DNA of 64,000 nucleotides. It comes from Azolla caroliniana. Taxonomy: Eukaryota > Plantae > Polypodiophyta. Under the pieces are notes generated by a model. It did no database searches. It saw only the letters and a program-made list of their open reading frames with translations, and had not been told where the DNA came from. The translations under genes and the position numbers were made by a program. The stretch spans positions 144,168 through 208,167 of the forward strand of contig JBHGNT010000044.1 in assembly GCA_043228905.1 (NCBI GenBank), in the 5' to 3' direction. Below, piece after piece: positions 13,261 to 27,479 of this stretch; position 1 is the stretch's first letter; the number at the start of each line of letters is the position of its first letter.

Positions 13261-14799
13261 GATATCGTATTTTTGTTTTCAAACATGCGAATCGAAGCTA
13301 ACAACGCTAGCTATTATTTGGAATTAAAAAATCAAGATTTTGAAACTCAGGCCGAGAGAAATGATGAAAATAGTAAACATGAGGAGGGAGTTGAGAAGAG
13401 CCCTTGACTAAATTAAAATGTTCAGACCTGGCTCGTGTGATATCAGATATTTGTGTTCAAACATGCGAATCGAAGCTAGCAACGCTAGCTATGATCTGGA
13501 ATTAAAAAATCAAGATTTTGAAACTCGGGTCGAGAGACATGAACAAATTAGCAAACTTGAGGAGTGAGTTGAGAAGACCTAGTAGGTAAATTAAAATGTT
13601 CATACCTGGCTCGTGTGATATCGGATTTTTGTGTTCAAACATGCGAATCGAAGCTAACAACGCTAGCTATTATTTGGAATTAAAAAATCAAGATTTTGAC
13701 ACTCAGGCCGAGAGAAATGATGAAAATAGAAAACATGAGGAGGGAGTTGAGAAGAGCCCTTGACTAAATTAAAATGTTCATACCTCGCTCGTGTGATATC
13801 GGATTTTTGTTTTCAAACATGCGAATCGAAGCTAACAACGCTAGCTATGATATGGAATTAACAAATCAAGATTTTGAAACTCGGGTCGAGAGACATGAAG
13901 AAATTAGCAAACTTGAGGAGTGAGTTGAGAGGAGCCCTTGAGTAAATTAAAATGTTCATACCTGGCTCGTGTGATATCGAAGTTTTGTGTTCAAATATGC
14001 GAATCGAAGCTAACAACGCTAGCTATGATATGGAATTAAAAAATCAAGATTTTGAAACTCAGGTCAAGAGACATGAAGAAATTAGCAAACTTGAGGAGGG
14101 AGTTGAGAGGAGCCCTTGAGTAAATTAAAATGTTTATACCTCCCTCGTGTGACATCGGATTTTTGTGTTCAAACATGCAAATCGAAGCTAACAACGCTAG
14201 CTATGATCTGGAATTAAAAAATCAAGATTTTGAAACTCAGGCCGAGAGAGATGATGAAAATAGAAAACATGAGGAGGGAGTTGAGAGGAGCCCTTGAGTA
14301 AATTAAAATGTTCATACCTGGCTCGTGTGATATCGGATTTTTGTGTTCTAACATGCAAATCGAAGCTAACAACGCTAGCTATGATATGGAATTAGAAAAT
14401 CAAGATTTTGAAACTCGGGTCGAGAGACATGAAGAAATTAGCAAACATGAGGAGTGAGTTAAGAAGACCTAGTAGGTAAATTAAAATGTTCATACCTGGC
14501 TCGTGTGATATCGTATTTTTGTGTTCAAACATGCGATTCAAAGCTAACAACGCTAGCTATAATTTGGAATTAAGAAATCAAGATTTTGAAACTCAGGTCG
14601 AGAGACATGATGAAAATAGCAAACTTGAGGAGGGAGTTGAGAGGAGCCCTTGAGTAAATTAAAATGTTCAAACATTCGAATCGAAGCTAACAACGCTAGA
14701 TATAATCTACAATTAAAAAATCAAGATTTTTAAACTCGGGTCAAGAGACATGACGATATTACCAAATTTCAGGAGGGAGTTGAGAAGAGCTATTAGGTA

Positions 14800-17700
14800 A
14801 ATTAAAATGTTCATACCTGGCTCGTGTGATATCGGATTTTTGTAATCAAACATGCGAATCGAAGCTCACAACGCTAGCTATGATATGTAATTAAAAAATC
14901 AAGATTTTGAAACTCGGGTTGAGAGACATGAAGAAATTAGCAAACTTGAGGAGTGAGTTGACAAGACCTAGTAGGTAAATTAAAATGTTCATACCTGGCT
15001 CGTGTGATATCGGAGTTTTGTGTTCAAACATGCGAATCGAAGCTAACAACACTAGCTATGATATGGAATTAAAAAACCAAGATTTTGAAACTCAGATTGA
15101 GAGACATGAAGAAATTAGCAAACATGAGGAGGGAGTTGAGAGGAGCCCTTGAGTAAATTAAAATGTTCATACCTGGCTCGTGTGATATCAGATTTTTGTG
15201 TTCAAACATGCAAATCGAAGCTAACAACGCTAGCTATGATCTACAATTAAAAAATCAAGATTTGGAAACTGAGGTCAAAAGACATGAAGAAATTAGCAAA
15301 CTTGAGGAGTGAGTTGAGAACAGCTAGTAGATAAATTAAAAGGTATATACCTGGCTCGTGTGATATTGGATTTTTCTGTTCAAACATGCGAATCGAAGCT
15401 AACAACGCTAGCTATGATATGGATTGAAAAACTCATGATTTTTAAACTCGGGTCAAGAGACATGACGAAATTACCAAATTTGAGGAGGGAGTTGAGAGGA
15501 GCCCTTGACTAAATTAAAATGTTCATACCTGGGTCGTGTGATATCGGATTTTTGTGTTCAAACATGCGAATCGAAGCTAACAACGCTAGCTATGATCTAC
15601 AATTAAAAAATCAAGATTTTGAAACTGAGGTCAAGAGACATGAAGAAATTAGTAAACTTGAGGAGTGAGTTGAGAACACCTAGTAGGTAAATTAAAATGT
15701 ATATACCTGGTTCGTGTGATATCGGATTTTTCTGTTCAAACATGCGAATCGAAGCTAACAACGCTAGCTATGATATGGATTTAAAAACTCAAGATTTTTA
15801 AACTCGGGTCAAGAGACATGACGAAATTACCAAAGTTGAGGAGGGAGTTGAGAAGAGCCCTTGACTAAATTAAAATGTTCATACCTGGCTCGTGTGATAT
15901 CGGATTTTTGTATTCAAACATGCGAATCGAAGCTAACAACGCTAGCTATGATATGGAATTAAAAAATCAAGATTTTGAAACTCGGGTCGAGAGACATGAA
16001 GAAATTAGCAAACTTGAGGAGTGAGTTGAGAACACCTAGTAGGTAAATTAAAATGTTCTTACCTGGCTCGTGGGAAATCCGATTTTTGTGTTCAAACATG
16101 CGAATCGAAGCTACCAACGCTAGCTATTATCTGGAATTATAAAATCAAGATTTTGAAACTCAGGTCAAGAGACATGAAGAAATTAGCAAACTTGGGGAGG
16201 GAGTTGAGAGGAGACCTTGAGTAAATTAAAATGTTCATACCTGGCTCGTGTGATATCGGATTTTTGTGTTCAAACATGCAAATCGAAGCTAACAACGCTA
16301 GCTATGATCTACAATTAAAAAATCAAGATTTTGAAACTGAGTTCAAGAGACATGAAGAAATTAGCAAACTTGAGGAGGGAGTTGAGAGGAGCCCTTGAGT
16401 AAATTAAAATGTTCATACCTGGCTCGTGTGATATCGGATTTTTGTATTCAAACATGCGAATCGAAGCTCACAACGCTAGCTATGATATGTAATTAAAAAA
16501 TCAAGATTTTGAAACTTGGGTTGAGAGACATGAAGAAATTAGCAAACTTGAGGAGTGAGTTGACAAGACCTAGTAGGTAAATTAAAATGTTCATACCTGG
16601 CTCGTGTGATATCGGAGTTTTGTGTTCAAACATGCGAATCGAAGCTAACAACGCTAGCTATGATATGGAATTAAAAAACCAAGATTTTGAAACTCGGGTC
16701 CAGAGACATGAAGAAATTAGCAAACTTGAGGAGGGAGTTGAGAACACCTAGTAGGTAAATTAAAATGTTCTTACCTGGCTCGTGTGATATCGGATTTTTG
16801 TGTTCAAACATGCATATCGAAGCTAACAACGCTAGCTATGATCTACAATTAAAAAATCAAGATTTTGAAACTGTGGTCAAGAGACATGAAGAAAATAGCA
16901 AACTTGAGGAGGGAGTTGAGAGGAGCCCTTGAGTAAATTAAAATGTTCATACCTGGCTCGTGTGATATCGGATTTTTGTGTTCAAACATGCGAATCGAAG
17001 CTAACAACACTAGCTATGATATGGAATTAAAAAACCAAGATTTTGAAACTCAGATTGAGAGACATGAAGAAATTAGCAAACATGAGGAGGGAGTTGAGAG
17101 GAGCCCTTGAGTAAATTAAAATGTTCATACCTGGCTCGTGTGATATCAGATTTTTGTGTTCAAACATGCAAATCGAAGCTAACAACGCTAGCTATGATCT
17201 ACAATTAAAAAATCAAGATTTGGAAACTGAGGTCAAAAGACATGAAGAAATTAGCAAACTTGAGGAGTGAGTTGAGAACAGCTAGTAGATAAATTAAAAG
17301 GTATATACCTGGCTCGTGTGATATTGGATTTTTCTGTTCAAACATGCGAATCGAAGCTAACAACGCTAGCTATGATATGGATTGAAAAACTCATGATTTT
17401 TAAACTCGGGTCAAGAGACATGACGAAATTACCAAATTTGAGGAGGGAGTTGAGAGGAGCCCTTGACTAAATTAAAATGTTCATACCTGGGTCGTGTGAT
17501 ATCGGATTTTTGTGTTCAAACATGCGAATCGAAGCTAACAACGCTAGCTATGATCTACAATTAAAAAATCAAGATTTTGAAACTGAGGTCAAGAGACATG
17601 AAGAAATTAGTAAACTTGAGGAGTGAGTTGAGAACACCTAGTAGGTAAATTAAAATGTATATACCTGGTTCGTGTGATATCGGATTTTTCTGTTCAAACA

Positions 17701-19700
17701 TGCGAATCGAAGCTAACAACGCTAGCTATGATATGGATTTAAAAACTCAAGATTTTTAAACTCGGGTCAAGAGACATGACGAAATTACCAAAGTTGAGGA
17801 GGGAGTTGAGAAGAGCCCTTGACTAAATTAAAATGTTCATACCTGGCTCGTGTGATATCGGATTTTTGTATTCAAACATGCGAATCGAAGCTAACAACGC
17901 TAGCTATGATATGGAATTAAAAAATCAAGATTTTGAAACTCGGGTCGAGAGACATGAAGAAATTAGCAAACTTGAGGAGTGAGTTGAGAACACCTAGTAG
18001 GTAAATTAAAATGTTCTTACCTGGCTCGTGGGAAATCCGATTTTTGTGTTCAAACATGCGAATCGAAGCTACCAACGCTAGCTATTATCTGGAATTATAA
18101 AATCAAGATTTTGAAACTCAGGTCAAGAGACATGAAGAAATTAGCAAACTTGGGGAGGGAGTTGAGAGGAGACCTTGAGTAAATTAAAATGTTCATACCT
18201 GGCTCGTGTGATATCGGATTTTTGTGTTCAAACATGCAAATCGAAGCTAACAACGCTAGCTATGATCTACAATTAAAAAATCAAGATTTTGAAACTGAGT
18301 TCAAGAGACATGAAGAAATTAGCAAACTTGAGGAGGGAGTTGAGAGGAGCCCTTGAGTAAATTAAAATGTTCATACCTGGCTCGTGTGATATCGGATTTT
18401 TGTATTCAAACATGCGAATCGAAGCTCACAACGCTAGCTATGATATGTAATTAAAAAATCAAGATTTTGAAACTCGGGTTGAGAGACATGAAGAAATTAG
18501 CAAACTTGAGGAGTGAGTTGACAAGACCTAGTAGGTAAATTAAAATGTTCATACCTGGCTCGTGTGATATCGGAGTTTTGTGTTCAAACATGCGAATCGA
18601 AGCTAACAACGCTAGCTATGATATGGAATTAAAAAACCAAGATTTTGAAATTCAGATTGAGAGACATGAAGAAATTAGCAAACATGAGGAGGGAGTTGAG
18701 AGGAGCCCTTGAGTAAATTAAAATGTTCATACCTGGCTCGTGTGATATCGGATTTTTGTGTTCAAACATGCAAATCGAAGCTAACAACGCTAGCTATGAT
18801 CTACAATTAAAAAATCAAGAGTTGGAAACTGAGGTCAAAAGACATGAAGAAATTAGCAAACTTGAGGAGTGAGTTGAGAACAGCTAGTAGATAAATTAAA
18901 ATGTATATACCTGGCTCGTGTGATATTGGATTTTTCTGTTCAAACATGCGAATCGAAGCTAACAACGCTAGCTATGATATGGATTTAAAAACTCATGATT
19001 TTTAAACTCGGGTCAAGAGACATGACGAAATTACCAAATTTGAGGAGGGAGTTGAGAGGAGCCCTTGACTAAATTAAAATGTTCATACCTGGGTTGTGTG
19101 ATATCGGATTTTTGTGTTCAAACATGCGAATCGAAGCAAACAACGCTAGCTATGATCTACAATTAAAAAATCAAGATTTTGAAACTGAGGTCAAGAGACA
19201 TGAAGAAATTAGTAAACTTGAGGAGTGAGTTGAGAACACCTAGTAGGTAAATTAAAATGTCTATACCTGGTTCGTGTGATATCGGATTTTTCTGTTCAAA
19301 CATGCGAATCGAAGCTAACAACGCTAGCTATGATATGGATTTAAAAACTCAAGATTTTTAAACTCGGGTCAAGAGACATGACGAAATTACCAAATTTGAG
19401 GAGGGAGTTGAGAAGAGCCCTTGACTAAATTAAAATGTTCATACCTGGCTCGTGTGATATCGGATTTTTGTATTCAAACATGCGAATCGAAGCTAACAAC
19501 GCTAGCTATGATATGGAATTAAAAAATCAAGATTTTGAAACTCGGGTCCAGAGACATGAAGAAATTAGCAAACTTGAGGAGTGAGTGGAGAACACCTAGT
19601 AGGTAAATTAAAATGTTCTTACCTGGCTCGTGTGAAATCCGATTTTTGTGTTCAAACATGCGAATCAAAGCTACCAACGCTAGCTATTATCTGGAATTAT
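14800..19700. repeat. Three-copy higher-order repeat of a 9-monomer unit (periods 1958 bp and 1602 bp)
   Basis: CAGCTAGTAGATAAATT at 15321, 17279 and 18881; TTGGAAACTGAGGTCAAAA near 15264, 17222 and 18824. Offsets are 11x178 and 9x178. Confidence 0.9.
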
Positions 19701-22700
19701 AAAATCAAGATCGAGAAAAATGACGAAAATAGGAAACATGATGAGGGAGTTGAGAAGAGCCCTTGACTAAATTAAAATGTTCATACCTGGCTCGTGTTAA
19801 ATCCGATTTTTGTGTTCAAACATGCGAATCGAAGCTAACAACGCTAACTATGACATGGAATTAAAAAATCAAGATTTTGAAACTCAGGTCAAGAGACATG
19901 AAGAAATTAGCAAACTTGAGGAGGGAGTTGAGAGGAGCCCTTGAGTAAATTAAAATGTTCATACCTGGCTCGTGTGATATCGTGTTTTTCTGTTCAAACA
20001 TGCGAATCGAAGCTAACAACGCTAGCTATGATATGGATTTAAAAACTCAAGATTTTTAAACTCGGGTCAAGAGACATGACGAAATTACCAAATTTGAGGA
20101 GGGAGTTGAGAAGAGCTATTAGGTAAATTAAAATGTTCATACCTGGCTCGTGTGATAAAGGATTTTTGTGTTCAAACATGCGAATCGAAGCTAACAACGC
20201 TAGCTATGATATGGAATTAAAAAATCAAGATTTTGAAACTCGGGTCGAGAGACATGAAGAAATTAGCAAACTTGAGGAGTGCGTTGAGAAGACCTAGTAG
20301 GTAAATTAAAATGTTCATACCTGGCTCGTGTGATATCGGATTTTTGTATTCAAACATGCGAATCGAGGCTAACAACGCTACCTATGATCTGGAATTAAAA
20401 AATCAATATTTTGAAACTCGGGTCGAGAGACATGATGAAAATAGAAAACTTGAGGAGGGAGTTGAGAAGAGCCCTTGACTAAATTAAACTGTTCATACCT
20501 GGCTCGTGTGATATCGAATTTTTCTGTTCAAACATGCGAATCGAAGCTTACAACGCTAGCTATGATATGGAATTAAAAAATCAAGATTTTGAAACTCAGG
20601 TCGAGAGAAATGATGAAAATAGAAAACATGAGGAGGGAGTTGAGAGGAGCCCTTGACTAAATTAAAATGTTCTTACCTGGCTCGTGTGATATCGGATTTT
20701 TGTGTTCAAACATGCGAATCGAAGCTAACAATGCTAGCTTTGATATGGAATTAAAAAATCAAGATTTTGAAACTCAGATTGAGAGACATTAAGAAATTAG
20801 CAAACTTGAGGAGGGAGTTGAGAAGAGCCCTTGACTAAATTAAAATGTTCATACCTGGCTCGTGTGATATCGGATTTGTGTATTCAAACATGCGAGTCGA
20901 AGCTAACAACGCTAGCTATGATATGGAATTAAAAAAACAAGATATTGAAACTCGGGTCGAGAGACATGAAGAAATTAGCATACTTGAGGAGTGAGTTGAG
21001 AACACCTAGTAGGTAAATTAAAATGTTCTTACCTGGCTCGTGTGAAATCGGAGTTTTGTGTTCAAACATGCGAATCGAAGCTACCAACGCTAGCTATTAT
21101 CTGGAATTATAAAATCAAGATTTTGAAACTTAGGCCGAGAGAAATGATGAAAATAGAAAACATGAGGAGGGAGTTGAGAAGAGCCCTTGACTAAATTAAA
21201 ATGTTCATACCTGGCTCGTGTGATATCGGATTTGTGTATTCAATCATGCGAGTCGAAGCTAAGAACGCTAGCTATGATATGGAATTTAAAAATCAAGATT
21301 TTGAAACTCGGGTCGAGAGACATGAAGAAATTAGCAAACTTGAGGAGTGAGTTGAGAACACCTAGTAGGTAAATTAAAATGTTCTTACCTGGCTCGTGTG
21401 AAATCGGAGTTTTGTGTTCAAACATGCGAATCGAAGCTACCAACGCTAGCTATTATCTGGAATTATAAAATCAAGATTTTGAAACTCAGGTCAAGAGACA
21501 TGAAGAAATTAGCAAACTTGAGGAGTGAGTTGAGAACACGTAGTAGGTAAATTAAAATGTATATACCTGGCTCGTGTGATATCGGATTTTTCTGTTCAAA
21601 CATGTGAATCGAAGCTAACAACGCTAGCTATGATATGGATTTAAAAACTCAAGATTTTGAAACTCAGGCCGAGAGAAATGATGAAAATAGAAAACATGAG
21701 GAGGGAGTTGAGAAGAGCTATTAGGTAAATTAAAATGTTCATACCTGGCTCGTGTGATATCGGATTTTTGTGTTCAAACATGCGAATCGAAGCTAACAAC
21801 GCTAGCTATGATATGGAATTAAAAAATCAAGATTTTGAAACTCGGGTCGAGAGACATAAAGAAATTACCAAACTTGAGGAGTGAGTTGAGAAGACCTAGT
21901 AGGTAAATTAAAATGTTCATACCTGGCTCCTGTGATATCGGATTGTTGTGTTCAAACCTGCGAATCGAAGCTAACAACGCTAGCTATTATTTGGAATTAA
22001 AAAATCAAGATTTTGAAACTCAGGCCGAGAGAAATGATGAAAATAGAAAACATGAGGAGGGAGTTGAGAAGAGCCCTTGACTAAATTAAAATGTTCATAC
22101 CTCGCTCGTGTGATATCGGATTTGTGTATTCAAACATGCGAATCGAAGCTAACAACGCTAGCTATGATATGGAATTAAAAAATCAAGATTTTGAAACTCG
22201 GGTCGAGAGACATGAAGAAATTAGCAAACTTGAGGAGGGAGTTGAGAGGAGCCCTTGAGTAAATTAAAATGTTCATACCTGGCTCGTGTGATATCGGATT
22301 GTTGTGTTCAAACATGCGAATCGAAGCTAACAACGATAGCTATGATATGGAATTAAAAAATCAAGATTTTGAAACTCAGGTCAAGAGACATGAAGAAATT
22401 AGCAAACTTGAGGAGGGAGTTGAGAGGAGCTATTAGGTAAATTAAAATGTTCATACCTGGCTCGTGTGATATCGGATTTTTGTATTCAAACATGCGAATC
22501 GAAGCTCACAACGCTAGCTATGATATGTAATTAAAAAATCAAGATTTTGAAACTCGGGTCGGGAGACATGAAGAAATTAGCAAACTTGAGGAGTGAGTTG
22601 ACAAGACCTAGTAGGTAAATTAAAATGTTCATACCTGGCTCGTGTGATATCGGAGTTTTGTGTTCAAACATGCGAATCGAAGCTAACAACGCTAGCTATG

Positions 22701-24799
22701 ATATGGAATTAAAAAATCAAGATTTTGAAACTCAGATTGAGAGACATGAAGAAATTAGCAAACATGAGGAGGGAGTTGAGAGGAGCCCTTCAGTAAATTA
22801 AAATGTTCATACCTGGCTCGTGTGATATCGGATTTTTGTGTTCAAACATGCAAATCGAAGCTAACAACGCTAGCTATGATCTACAATTAAAAAATCAAGA
22901 TTTTGAAACTGAGGTCAAGAGACATGAAGAAATTAGCAAACTTGAGGAGGGAGTTGAGAGGAGCCCTTGAGTAAATTAAAATGTTCATACCTGGCTCGTG
23001 TGATATCGTATTTTTGTGTTCAAACATGCGAATCGAAGCTAACAACGCTAGCTATGATATGGAATTAAAAAATCAAGATTTTGAAACTCAGGTCAAGAGA
23101 CATGAAGAAATTAGCAAACTTGAGGAGTGAGTTGAGAAGACCTAGTAGGTAAATTAAAATGTTCATACCTGGCTCGTGTCATATCGCATTTTTGTGTTCA
23201 AACCTGCGAATCGAAGCTAACAATGCTAGCTATTATTTGGAATTAAAAAATCAAGATTTTGAAACTCAGGCCGAGAGAAATGATGAAAATAGAAAACATG
23301 AGGAGGGAGTTGAGAAGAGCCCTTGAGTAAATTAAAATGTTCATACCTGGCTCGTGTGATATCGGATTTGTGTATTCAAACATGCGAATCGAAGCTAACA
23401 AGGCTAGCTATGATATGGAATTAAAAAATCAAGATTTTGAAACTCGGGTCGAGAGACATGAAGAAATTAGCAAACTTGAGGAGTGAGTTGAGAACACCTA
23501 GTAGGTAAATTAAAATGTTCTTACCTGGCTCGTGTGAAATCGGAGTTTTGTGTTCAAACATGCGAATCGAAGCTACCAACGCTACCTATTATCTGGAATT
23601 ATAAAATCAAGATTTTGAAACTCAGGTCAAGAGACATGAAGAAATTAGCAAACTTGAGGAGTGAGTTGAGAACACCTAGTAGGTAAATTAAAATGTATAT
23701 ACCTGGCTCGTGCGATATCGGATTTTTCTGTTCAAACATGCGAATCGAAGCTAACAACGCTAGCTATGATATGGATTTAAAAACTCAAGATTTTTAAACT
23801 CGGGTCAAGAGACATGACGAAATTACCAAATTTGAGGAGGGAGTTGAGAAGAGCTATTAGGTAAATTAAAATGTTCATACCTGGCTCGTGTGATATAGGA
23901 TTTTTGTGTTCAAACATGCGAATCGAAGCTAACAACGCTAGCTATGATCTGGAATTAAAAAATCAAGATTTTGAAACTCGGGTCGAGAGACATGAAGAAA
24001 TTAGCAAACTTGAGGAGTGAGTTGAGAACACCTAGTAGGTAAATTAAAATGTTCTTACCTGGCTCGTGTGAAATCGGAGTTTTGTGTTCAAACATGCGAA
24101 TCGAAGCTACCAACGCTAGCTATTATCTGGAATTATAAAATCAAGATTTTGAAACTCAGGTCAAGAGAAATGATGAAAATAGAAAACATGAGGAGGGAGT
24201 TGAGAAGAGCCCTTGACTAAATTAAAATGTTCATACCTGGCTCGTGTGATATCGGATTTTTGTGTTCAAACATGCGAATCGAAGCTAACAACGCTAGCTA
24301 TGATATGGAATTAAAAAATCAAGATTTTGAAACTCAGGTCAAGAGACATGAAGAAATTAGGAAACTTGAGGAGGGAGTTGAGAGGAGCCCATGAGTAAAT
24401 TAAAATGTTCATACCTGGCTCGTGTGATATCGGATTTTTGTGTTCAAACATGCGAATCGAAGCTAACAACGCTAGCTATGATATGGAATTAAAAAGTCAA
24501 GATTTTGAAACTCGGGTCGGGAGTCATGAAGAAATTAGCAAACTTGAGGAGTGAGTTGAGAAGACCTAGTAGGTAAATTAAAATGTTCATACCTGGCTCG
24601 TGTGATATCGTATTTTTGTGTTCAAACATGCGATTCAAAGCTAACAACGCTAGCTATTATTTGGAATTAAAAAATCAAGATTTTGAAACTCAGGTCGAGA
24701 GACATGATGAAAATAGAAAACTTGAGAAGGGAGTTGAGAGGAGCCCTTGAAGAAATTAAAATGTTCATACCTCGCTCGTGTGATATCGGATTTTTGAAA

Positions 24800-27060
24800 C
24801 TCGGGTCGAGAGACATGAAGAAATTAGCAAACTTGAGGAGGGAGTTGAGAAGAGCTATTAGGTAAATTAAAATGTTCATACCTGGCTCGTGTGATATCGG
24901 ATTTTTGTATTCAAACATGCGAATCGAAGCTCACAACGCTAGCTATGATATGTAATTAAAAAATCAAGATTTTGAAACTCGGGTCGAGAGACATGAAGAA
25001 ATTAGCAAACTTGAGTTGTGAGTTGACAAGACTTAGGAGGTAAATTAAAATGTTCATACCTGGCTCGTGTGATATCGGATTTTTGTATTCAAACATGCGA
25101 ATCGAAGCTAACAACGCTAGCTATGCTATGGAATTAAAAAATCAAGATTTTGAAACTCGGGTCGAGAGACATGAAGAAATTAGCAAACTTGAGGAGTGAG
25201 TTGAGAAGACCTAGTAGGTAAATTAAAATATTCATACCTGGCTCGTGTGATATCGGATTTTTGTGTTCAAATATGCGAATCGAACCTAACAACGCTAGCT
25301 ATGATATGGAATTAAAAAATCAAGATTTTGAAACTCGGGTCGAGAGACATGAAGAAATTAGCAAACTTGAGGAGTGAGTTGAGAAGACCTAGTAGGTAAA
25401 TTAAAATGTTCATACCTGGCTCGTGTGATATCGTATTTTTGTGTTCAAACATGCGATTCAAAGCTAACAACGCTAGCTATAATTTGGAATTAAAAATCAA
25501 GATTTTGAAACTCAGGTCGAGAGACATGATGAAAATAGAAAACTTGAGGAGGGAGTTGAGAGGAGCCCTTGAGTAAATTAAAATGTTCATACCTCGCTCG
25601 TGTGATATCGGATTTTTGTGTTCAAACATGCGAATCGAAGCTAACAACGCTAGCTATGATATGGAATTAAAAAATCAAGATTTTGACACTCAGATTGACA
25701 GACATGAAGAAATAAGCAAACATGAGGAGGGAGTTGAGAGGAGCCCTTGAGTAAATTAAAATGTTCATACCCGGCTCGTGTGATATCGGATTTTTGTGTT
25801 CAAACATGCAAATCGAAGCTAGCAACGCTAGCTATGATCTACAATTAAAAAATCAAGATTTTGAAACTGAGGTCAAGAGACATGAAGAAATTAGCAAACT
25901 TGAGGAGGGAGTTGAGAGGAGCCCTTGAGTAAATTAAAATGTTCATACCTGGCTCGTGTGATATCGTATTTTTGTGTTCAAACATGCGAATCGAAGCTAA
26001 CAACGTTAGCTATGATATGGAGTTAAAAAATACAGATTTTGAAACTCGGGTCGAGAGACATGAAGAAATTAGCAAACTTGAGGAGGGAGTTGAGAAGAGC
26101 TATTAGGTAAATTAAAATGTTCATACCTGGCTCGTGTGATATCGGATTTTTGTATTCAAACATGCGAATCGAAGCTCACAACGCTAGCTATGATATGTAA
26201 TTAAAAAATCAAGATTTTGAAACTCGGGTCGAGAGACATGAAGAAATTAGCAAACTTGAGTTGTGAGTTGACAAGACTTAGCAGGTAAATTAAAATGTTC
26301 ATACCTGGCTCGTGTGATATCGGATTTTTGTATTCAAACATGCAAATCGAAGCTAACAACGCTAGCTATGCTATGGAATTAAAAAATCAAGATTTTGAAC
26401 CTCGGGTCGAGAGACATGAAGAAATTAGCAACCTTGAGGAGTGAGTTGAGAAGACCTAGTAGGTAAATTAAAATATTCATACCTGGCTCGTGTGATATCG
26501 GATTTTTGTGTTCAAATATGCGAATCGAAGCTAACAACGCTAGCTATGATATGGAATTAAAAAATCAAGATTTTGAAACTCGGGTCGAGAGACATGAAGA
26601 AATTAGCAAACTTGAGGAGTGAGTTGAGAAGACCTAGTAGGTAAATTAAAATGTTCATACCTGGCTCGTGTGATATCGTATTTTTGTGTTCAAACATGCG
26701 ATTCAAAGCTAACAACGCTAGCTATAATTTGGAATTAAAAATCAAGATTTTGAAACTCAGGTCGAGAGACATGATGAAAATAGAAAACTTGAGGAGGGAG
26801 TTGAGAGGAGCCCTTGAGTAAATTAAAATGTTCATACCTCGCTCGTGTGATATCGGATTTTTGTGTTCAAACATGCGAATCGAAGCTAACAACGCTAGCT
26901 ATGATATGGAATTAAAAAATCAAGATTTTGACACTCAGATTGACAGACATGAAGAAATAAGCAAACATGAGGAGGGAGTTGAGAGGAGCCCTTGAGTAAA
27001 TTAAAATGTTCATACCCGGCTCGTGTGATATCGGATTTTTGTGTTCAAACATGCAAATCG
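24800..27060. repeat. Tandem higher-order duplication, 7 monomers (1245 bp)
   Basis: TTGAGTTGTGAG (25016/26261) and ATACCCGGCTC (25772/27017) at offset 1245 = 7x178-1. Confidence 0.9.
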
Positions 27061-27479
27061 AAGCTCACAACGCTAGCTATGATATGGAATTAAAAAATCA
27101 AGATTTTGAAACTCGGGTCGAGAGACATGAAGAAATTAGCAAACTTGAGGAGTGAGTTGACAAGACTTAGTAGGTAAATTAAAATGTTCATACCTGGCTC
27201 GTGTGATATCGGATTTTTGTATTCAAACATGCGAATCGAAGCTAACAACGCTAGCTATGATATGGAATTAAAAAATCAAGATTTTGAAACTCAGGTCAAG
27301 AGACATGAAGAAATTACCAAACTTGAGGAGGGAGTTGAGAAGACCTAGTAGGTAAATTAAAATGTTCCTACCTGGCTCGTGTGATATCGTATTTTTGTGT
27401 TCAAACATGCGATTCAAAGCTAACAACACTAGCTATAATTTGGAATTAAAAATAAAGATTTTGAAACTCAGGTCGAGAG

